Program-made: the position numbers and the translations under genes
The notes under the pieces: generated by a model
Databases searched by the model: none
What the model was told of the DNA's origin: nothing
The model's input: the letters and a program-made list of their open reading frames with translations, nothing else
Shown: positions 55,128 to 64,000 of the stretch, in pieces
How the letters are laid out: every line of letters starts with the position of its first letter
Numbering within the stretch: position 1 is the stretch's first letter
From: Octopus sinensis
Lineage: Eukaryota
Reading direction: 5' to 3'
DNA: 64,000 bases
NCBI RefSeq assembly: GCF_006345805.1
Contig: NC_043005.1
Span: 66,650,001-66,714,000, forward strand

Positions 55128-55158
<31 letters not shown>

Positions 55159-56584
55159 GACAGAGAGACACCCACCGTCTCCCATATATAACGTAGATAC
55201 GATTAAAATGCATTTGCCTTGAGTTGTATATATATGTGTAATTCTATATCTATGCATGTTTATATGTCAATATATTTACACACTTTCATAAAACGCAATT
55301 TATTATAAAATTTGGATATTCCAAAGACTTTACTTTCCTTAGGGGTTTTTACAAGCCCTTTTCTTTATTTTTTCGATAGTTCTAACTCAATAAACATATT
55401 CCTATTTAATGTAAGAAAACTACACCTGAAGATTCTACTGCTTCTCCCCTGTTTGATACAACCCTTGTTTTCCATTTTAGAATGTATGCTTGCCACTTTC
55501 AAAGTCTAAGGATTTACTTCTTTGTAGCAGTATGCAAAGCAGTGCTTCGAATCTAGATAAACTTTGAGAACACATTAATTCAAAGGAATTGAATTTATTA
55601 ATCAATATTATTACCTAGCGAAAGTCACAAACTTGCTGGAATATTTAATTTCAATTACGAAGAAGATTTAAATACTTAATACTTTCCACATCGATTGGCA
55701 AAACGTAAAGTATAATCTATAATCAAGATATAGTCACATATATATGCTCGTGCTTTCCCTCTGAAAAAGTAGCTGCGTATAATTCAATTCATTATTATTT
55801 AGGGCAAATGTCATTCATATTTAATACTAATCTAAGATATATGTACAGTAACTTCCCCATTTTTTGTCTTGGGTGAATCTACTCTAGCGTTCATTATTTT
55901 AATTATATCAGCAGCAATTTACTGGTTTGCTCATTTCATCGTTATATGTAGCTTGCACAAAATATTTTGTTGTTATTATGACAAACTATCGTACGTCAAA
56001 TTTGGCCAACTGGGCTCTTTACAATATTAATTTTTGCTTCCAATAGCCAGTTTCTTATGGTCAAACTAGCGTATCTACAGCTGCTTCTGATGCCAGGATA
56101 TCAATAATTGTCAAAGTGTAGTAGAACGGTTTTGCTATGGAATGATGAAAATATTTTTTCATTTTCTGAAAAAGCAACATTTTGGACTTACGGTACTTCT
56201 ACATAAAAGCATCGATATACTATGGTGTTTTTATTTTTGTACGTTCCTAATTAGTAAGATAAGCGATTATTAATGCAAATATTCAACTACTCAGCATAGT
56301 AAAACAGTATCAGGGTGAATACCTGTATATGTCGAAAGCTTGAAACAGAAAATATTATGAACATGATATGAAACTGAATTTATCTGTGATACGTAATGAA
56401 AAGTTAGGGACAGGACGTCGCTGTACTAATACTTCGACTTCGATATTTCAGATTCGAATCAAATCAGTTTTGACTTCCATGTCTTTCGCAAGTGCAGTAA
56501 TGCCAACGCATCACATTTCCTTAATAAATTTGCTTCTGGAATTTTATCTTTTACTTGTGTCAATCATTGACAGCATCTATGCAG

Positions 56585-56932
56585 GGGCAGTGCCTTGAAG
56601 GGCTTAAGTGAATGAAACAACCTCGCTTTTAATTCTTGAGTTTAGTACTTACTCTCCTGGTCACGTTTGTGTTACCTGGGTGTAAAGAAATCAACACAGG
56701 TTGTTAAGCAGCAGTGGCAGACAAACATAACACCAACACAAACACACACACACACATATACATACAACCTGATTCTTCACATTTTCCGTCAACCAAATTC
56801 ACTTGAGTGGCTTTAGTCGGCCCATGCCTATACTAAATGACACTTAACCAAAGCGCCGCGCAGCGGGACTGGACTGAATACCAATCACTTCGTTACAAAG
56901 CGAATATTCTAATCATGCAACCATGCCTGTGC
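56585..56932 (-). mobile_element. Degraded CORE-like SINE
   Basis: ttccgtcaaccaaattcact...gtcggccc...gacactt. Confidence 0.6.
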
Positions 56933-57084
56933 ATATTGATAAAAAAATGATCTCAAAACATCTTGGCCTCTCACATGTTTCTGATCTAAAACTCACCATT
57001 GCTCTACATGCAAGTTAAACGTCGAATCACGGAGAGAAATATATAATCAGTATTTTATGGCCTTCGTATTTATTGTTGAAAATA

Positions 57085-57650
57085 TTGGGCTGTCCGGAAA
57101 GTTCATGCTGATTTATAGTAGCTTACCTTTCGACTTATTTTAGAACATGGTTGAGTCCATAAAATAGGATTTGACTACACCTCCATTTAGAGCACAGTTT
57201 AAGCTATCTTTTCGTGGAAGAAGGTTTATATTCCTATAACCTGTATTAATTCTGTAACCCTTTAAAATGGAAGATAAGAAAGTTCATTTTCATCACTTGA
57301 TGTTTTGAGAACCAGACAAAAATTGCTGCGGCTCGGCTGGGATGTGTTACCTCACCCTTCATATTCACCAGATATTGCTCCTTCGGATTTCCACTTATTC
57401 AGGTCTCTGCAGAATAATCTTAAGGGTAAACATTTTAATTCCTTGGAGACGTAAAAAGATACCATGATGAATTTTTTGCCATGAAACCATCTCAATTCTG
57501 GGAAGGGGGTATTTTCAAGTTAAAGGAAAGATGGTGACACATTATGTAACAAAATGTTTCATATTTGGTTGATTAAAATCGTAATGGCAAGTATTTATTG
57601 ACCTTTTTTCTCTCCTTTAAAAATCGGCAAGAACTTTCCGGACAACCCAA
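57085..57650 (+). mobile_element. Internally deleted mariner (DD34D) element
   Basis: TIRs TTGGGCTGTCCGGAAAGTTC / GAACTTTCCGGACAACCCAA; TA on both sides; MEDKKVHF joined to LGWDVLPHPSYSPDIAPSDFHLFRSL. Confidence 0.93.
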
Positions 57651-58058
57651 TACTATATTTTTTTCTCATGTTCATTTAGAGCTAATCAGTAGAAGTAGAA
57701 GAGAAAACCGAAGCAAGTGTATTTTCTGCTGATATACTTATCTCTTATTATAAAAGGCAGATTTTATCTGCCTCCCTTTGGGAGTTATACAAATCTACAA
57801 TATAGGATTTCTTCAATTACAATTTACCTAGCATTTTTAAGAGTACAAGGCATCGCGTCATGCCAGGTCCAGTTTTCAAAATTTAAACTCCAATTAAGCA
57901 AAATTTACAGAAAACTCACATTCTGGTGTGTGTGTCAAATGTTTTTCTTAATGTGGTTTACACCACACGCAAACGCACACACACACAAAGGGAGCGAATT
58001 GTTTCACTGACGCTATCACCCTTCTCCTCCTTTGTCTTTGCAAGTTGGCAGCTATTAA

Positions 58059-58372
58059 AGTGAAAACAGTGAATCCGACAGCGATAAAGAAAACGAATCT
58101 CTACCTGAATGGAGTGAAAATTTAAAAACTGTTTCTTTCGGTGAGTTTTCTGAAGAAACTGGACCAAGCCACAGACTTTCCCAGAAGAGTAAAGCCTTAG
58201 ACTATTTCTATTTACTTTTTCGAATGAGCCTATTTGAAATCATTACGCTAAACGTAAACAAACCGAAAGAAACGATAGTTTATTATTTCCCACAACCTTA
58301 AATGAAATTAAGGCCTATTTTGCCATAAATATTATTATGGGTATCAGAAAGTTACCCAGGATAACAAATTCT
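58059..58372 (+). mobile_element. piggyBac transposase N-terminal remnant
   Basis: ESDSDKENESLPEWSENLKTVSFGEFSEETGP...ALDYFYLLF..LFEII, then after one frameshift PTTLNEIKAYFAINIIMGIRKLPRITN. Confidence 0.8.
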
Positions 58373-59410
58373 ATCGTAAAATTTTGTTGTATACCCAATT
58401 GAATATTAGCTAATAACCCATTTTCTATAGCGATGTTTGAACAAAATTTTAATAATTTTACAGAAAGTTACCCAGAATAACAAAATCTAACTTAAAATTT
58501 TGTTGTATACCCAATTGAATATTAGCTAATAACCCATTTTCTATAGCGATGTTTGAACAAAATTTTAATAATTTTACAGAAAGTTACCCAGAATAACAAA
58601 TTCTATTGTAAAATTTTGTTGTATACCCAATTGAATATTAGCTAAAAACTCATTTTCTATAGCGATGTTTGAACAAAATTTTAATAATTTTACAGAAAGT
58701 TACCCAGAATAACAAATTCTATTGTAAAATTTTGTTGTATACCCAATTGAATATTAGCTAATAACCCATTTTCTATAGCGATGTTTGAACAAAATTTTAA
58801 TAATTTTACAGAAAGTTACCCAGAATAACAAATTCTATCGTAAAATTTTGTTGTATATCCAATTGAATATTAGCTAATAACCCATTTTCTATAGCGATGT
58901 TTGAACAAAATTTTAATAATTTTACAGAAAGTTACCCAGAATAACAAATTCTATCGTAAAATTTTGTTGTATACCCAATTGAATATTAGCTAATAACCCA
59001 TTTTCTATAGCGATGTTTGAACAAAATTTTAATAATTTTACAGAAAGTTACCCAGAATAACAAATTCTATCGTAAAATTTTGTTGTATACCCAATTGAAT
59101 ATTAGCTAATAACCCATTTTCTATAGCGATGTTTGAACAAAATTTTAATAATTTTACAGAAAGTTACCCAGAATAACAAATTCTATCGTAAAATTTTGTT
59201 GTATACCCAATTGAATATTAGCTAATAACCCATTTTCTATAGCGATGTTTGAACAAAATTTTAATAATTTTACAGAAAGTTACCCAGAATAACAAATTCT
59301 ATCGTAAAATTTTGTTGTATACCCATTGAATATTAGCTAATAACCCATTTTCTATAGCGATGTTTAAACAAAATTTTAATAATTTTACAGAAAGTTACCC
59401 AGAATAACAA
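58345..59410. repeat. Tandem satellite: 116-bp monomer, 9 full copies plus a partial copy
   Basis: gttaccc recurs at 58351, 58467, 58583, 58699, 58815, 58931, 59047, 59163, 59279 and 59394. Confidence 0.98.
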
Positions 59411-59690
59411 ACGAGCCCTTCTGGGTATTAGCGCGCGTCTACGATGAGTCTACGATTTAAAAAAAATTTACCATCATATTTTTCCATTTTAATGCATTGT
59501 TTTCGCTTTTATATAAGGGAAGTAACTCTCTAAAAATATCTACGATGTGTCAACGATTAAAAAAAAAATTTACCTTAATTTTTTTTCAATTATTAATGCA
59601 TTTTTTTGCTATTTTTTGGTTATAACTCTCTAAAAATGCTTATATAGTTATTTCCCTTACAACCCAAGCAACGCCGGGCGATACTGCTAG
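59411..59690 (+). mobile_element. Helitron 3' segment
   Basis: Subterminal hairpin-type motif CCCAAGCAACGCCGGG (59663-59678), then CTAG|T at 59687-59691; two internal repeats of about 100 bp. Confidence 0.8.
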
Positions 59691-60419
59691 TTTATTAATA
59701 TTCCTTTCGCGTAAATGCATGTCACTTATTCATTTTGTTTCAAACATGTCTGTAATTAAAATACGATAAGTGACATTCCCGTTATCAAAAATATATTGTT
59801 CTTATTTACCTGGCAATCAAATATTGTTTTATACATAATGTAAACAGCACTACAATATAATGTATCACCCAATTTTTAGACAACAGTGTGTAAGGCTAGG
59901 GAAATTATACTGATATTTCTAGCATGCACAGTTATCGTAATAATTACTTTATAACTCGTGAATTATATTTGTGATAATTAAGGAAGCATTCCTTATGCTT
60001 TAACCAGAAGATTTGTTCTCGCAATTTGAGGCAAAAGAAAACAAACTCACTTATACACGTCATAAATTCTATTCGATGCTTGATGAAAATGAACCTGGAT
60101 GCGAAAAATTATTTCAGCTAGAAAAATATTGATGATACTGATTTGATTATGTTGTCTAGCCATGTGGTTAAAAAACGACACATTATCAGCTCGGGTAATG
60201 ATTATCACACTATAGCATATCTCACAACATTGTAATAAAAATAATATTTTTTCTTCAGTAAAGAACCGTTAGTAAAACACACGAATATAGTTTTTAAAAG
60301 TTATGATTAAACAAAGGTATTATGATTGAAACAAAGCTAAGAATAATAGAACAAAACCTATCTGTGTTTCACTTCCCAGCGACCAATATGTGTACCTGTA
60401 ACCGGGTATACTTTTTGAA

Positions 60420-62130
60420 GTAAGATATTGTGGTTATGCTGGTGCACCACTATTGGTATATACAGTAATTTATTCCATATCATTTCTCTCGGTTGGATTT
60501 CGTTCAATGAAAGAATTGAACAACACTCCCTCCGCTTGAATTTTGTGGGTGATGTGGATTTATCTGGTACGTTAGTTAAAAAATATTGCTTAATCATATT
60601 TAAAATACTTTCACATCTTCACTTCGCAAATCTCTGATATTAGCTGGCAAGGTATTGAAAAACTATAGGACCCTTCAATGTGACGTTGTTAGAGTATTGA
60701 CTCCTTACTGTAGATGGAGTTCGTGAGACCGTTGGTAGTGTCTGTTTTAGCTTTCAATTCCAAAGATAAATGCTATATACAACAGGAGCATATATATATC
60801 ATTTAATACATTTTACATTTTCGGTCATGGGAGGAGAGCCACAGTTTGTGTAGCCCCTTGTAGAAAATCGTTTGTTGAACTGAGAAAATCTTTTAGTGTA
60901 ACAGATTTGAATTGCTTCGAGCCCCGTTGTTAGGTGAATGCTATGTAGCGACTATAATTGGAAACAATTTTCCAGGCTGAGAAGTAATGTTTCCTTCAAG
61001 ACTAACGTGGTTTCTTTTTCTTATTCTGAATGGTCTCTGAATCTAACCAGACAGTCACCTGCACATTGTTGGTATTTCTGTAATATGCGCACAAGGAAAT
61101 ACGCCATTCATCTTCTACATTACCCGATCATGTAATGATTGCGACCACCTAGTTTGTAATATTCTGTGGTCCTGTGTACTTTGAATGCAGTCAGTTTCTG
61201 GATTTATTGCAGAAATCTTGAAATATTTCCAGCATGTTCATCTCTTAAATTCACTTATATACTGTCTTTAGTATTTTTTGTGGTTTTACCATAAAATTGT
61301 ATTTGCTTGTGATACTTTTATATTGTGAGTAATTGAGTGTATGACTTAGGCAGTCATCTACAAATAGTAGTGGCCTCCATTCGTGTGTCGTAGAGAGCCA
61401 ATTCTAAGGAAAATATTTAAGGATACCGCTCTTAATTGATGTCTTCTCGGTAATAGCACTGTTAGTTGTAACTGCCTGACTATTGCCTTTTAAAACATAC
61501 GCCTATACTTTTAGTTTTCTAACTGTTGAGTATAGAAAGTAATTTACTTCGTGATCAACTTTATCGGAAGCTTTAGCAAAGGCGAGGCATATCACATCCG
61601 CATTTAAACGATTATGGTGTAGTATCTGTCGTAGCTTTTTGTTATAGACAAAACCTGAGCTGTTTGTTAGTGAGCTAGTGATTTTCTTCTAGGACAGTGA
61701 TCAGCTTCCCTTTGACAATACGTTTCTTGACTTTGCTGATATATGAAGTCTGAGAGATATGCCTATAATTATTATCATTTGTTATGATTCCTTCTTGAAG
61801 GATGTGGCATATTATGCCTTCTTTTAAGTTATAGGAAGTACGCCGCATGCAAAGAGTATCTACAGTGGTTTTCGCAGAACCTGTTTGCATGTATTTAAAC
61901 TAGTCTCTGGGTCGCCTTCATGGCATGTGGACGTGCTTAAGTTCATCGAGGGCCAAAATGACATTCTTCGCAGATTTCTTTCGATATAATCAATGGTTGG
62001 CTCTTCTCTGTGTAGAGATGCGGTGTTTAATAACTTACCAGGCGTATTATTTTGCACATCTCACAGTTGGTAAGCGAACATACTTTGGAACTGCATATTT
62101 AGTATTTTATTAATCTTTCAGTGGGTCTGC
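60420..62130 (-). mobile_element. Old, heavily mutated CR1-group LINE
   Basis: NYRHISQTSYISKV..RIVKGKLITVLEEN, DVICLAFAKASDKVDH, FNTLPANIRDL...FLTNVPDK; decayed tail gtggtgcaccagcataaccac. Confidence 0.8.
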
Positions 62131-64000
62131 ATTCAGCTAATTATTTTCTTCGAACAGTGACACTATCTTGTAACTTTTCGTAACGGATTCTGTTATAAGT
62201 TTGTAGAGAGTTGGGGGGTCGTTTTAATATTTCATATCATTCTGTTGTCTCTTTTTTCCATTTCTTTTCATGAAAGTGTCTGAATTTGTTTTAGAACTCA
62301 GAAATAATTTTCATTTACTGGGTCTCTTCACTATTTAAATTTATTTATTTATTTAATTTATTCTATATTTTCCTTACTCCCCTCATAAACATTCCTCTGT
62401 CTCTGGGAATATTATTTTCGTGTGTGTAGTTCATTTTTCTTCAGGAAAAAAGCAAACATATTTTGATTTATTTACCTAAGTTCTTTTATTTTCACGTCAT
62501 TGTCTTGTATATAGAGACGTTCGGTATAGATTTGTTTCAGAGGGTCTTTTGAACCGATTTCAAGTCAGCTTGGTGATGCGGAGACTATTTAGGGTTCAGA
62601 CAATTCAGACAAAATATCGCTATGCATCATATATCGTAATTTTTATTATGGTCTGAAAAAATCGTTGGTATTAAATCAGAGGTCTAAGACGTACATGCTC
62701 CTCGTCGAGAATACTATTATTGGTTCCATGAATATCTATTTAATTCCTTTAACAAATGTATTTATACAAGCATGCGTGCAGTATGTATTTATTTATCTCT
62801 GTCTGTTGACTCTCTCTTTGTGTGTGTGTGTGTGTATACAAACGTATATTTATCTCTCTATCTATCACTACATATTACAATGAATAAAAGAATAAAAGTC
62901 AATAATTTTCATTTGTGTTCTTATTAATCAACAGATTATGAGGTACATATAGATGTAATAATATGTAGTTAGGATAGGCGTTAGAAAGTAAGAACAAAAC
63001 ATTATATCACCAGCATTTAATATAACCATATAACCAACTACAATTCACATGTCAAATAAGATTATGCTATGTCTGGGCTCGCTAATGCTAATATAGAGGT
63101 GATTAGTTTTCGTATCAATAAATATAATTTGATACAGTGGAAAACGTTGAACAGTATCTGTAATTACACAAAATACATAATAGCAATATTACAGAAAATA
63201 TATGTTATTTGGGATTAACAATTATGCAAATACAATATTTTTATTGTCATATAAAACCTATTTATCGTATTATTCTAATATATACATAAATATTCATCCT
63301 TTATTATTAACACATTCTCAGTTGAGATAATTACTGTTTTTACAATCCATGGCTAGTTTTATGTAGCTACGAGTCTGTATTAAATATTAATCGCCTATTT
63401 AGGAACTAACGTTAATATCTATCTTCTGCGAACAATATTTGCTTGTAATGCAGTTAACAAGCATTGATGTAATTGAATTCATGGTATAAGTAATCATACA
63501 ACGAGTCATTCTTTTTTATAGCTATGGCACCATAAGCAAATAGCTCAATGTTTTCTTCTACAACAAAATTGGTTTTCAATGCGAAAAGTAACTTACATGA
63601 AAATAATTGGAAAGGAGAATATGTAGTTCGCATAATCAAATAATGAACAACAAAATCGGTGTCGATAGTTGAGTTATTGAAATGAAATATTCTAACTACA
63701 GTGTGTTGGTATTGTATGACGCTAAAGGGTGATACAGAGGTTATTATTTTAGAAAATAAGCAACTACTTTAGGGAATATATTTCACTGGCTGAATATTAT
63801 ATATATTTTCTTATGTATGTTCATTTAGGTAAAACACATAAATCATTCACCTTATAATATACCAGAACTGCACATGAATGTGATAACATGAAAAACGATA
63901 ATATGCATAGAATATGATATACAATTACGTACAGAGGTTTAAGAGAAGCACAACTCTCCTCCGTTTGCAGCTGGTAGCCTGTTTCTTCGTGGGGGGAAAC

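Noticed and set aside
55980-56170. Minus-strand frame with an in-frame TGA after a ttttcAG acceptor (selenoprotein idea)
   Set aside because: No recognisable protein, no SECIS seen and no convincing donor.
58055-58058. TTAA before the piggyBac remnant as its target-site duplication
   Set aside because: No CCC-type terminal repeat follows and there is no matching right end.
58345-59410. Regular array considered as CRISPR-like
   Set aside because: Monomers repeat in full with no unique spacers, no cas genes are present, and the context is eukaryotic.
62514-62553. Minus-strand CTGAAAC...ACCGAAACGTC motif (also a weak one near 23230-23265)
   Set aside because: It needs four or more substitutions and has no stem I.
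63454-63639. Minus-strand ORF with GTAAGT and ttgtAG sites
   Set aside because: The implied intron is only 39 nt and the peptide is unrecognised.

Overview
AT-rich eukaryotic DNA dominated by microsatellites and transposable elements. The repeat families suggest an octopus or other coleoid cephalopod (inference). There are no prokaryotic features and no intact host gene; only one candidate coding exon was found (minus strand, 53097-53313, unrecognised). Retroelements: R4/Dong-like and other restriction-like-endonuclease (REL) elements inside (TAA)n or (CATA)n tracts, three Penelope-like elements (RT + GIY-YIG), three CR1-group LINE pieces, an RTE fragment and many tRNA-derived SINEs. DNA elements: Tc1, mariner, a hAT MITE, a piggyBac remnant and two Helitron 3' ends. 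The most notable observations are: (i) about eight hammerhead-ribozyme-like motifs, one inside a tRNA-headed SINE (46062-46496) and U3:A8 core variants at the 3' ends of two Penelope elements; (ii) a 116-bp satellite that starts inside a piggyBac reading frame and ends at a Helitron terminus; (iii) a near-perfect 260-bp palindrome; (iv) a 3' tail shared between the CORE-like SINE and the CR1-group LINE. All calls were made by eye and element boundaries are approximate.
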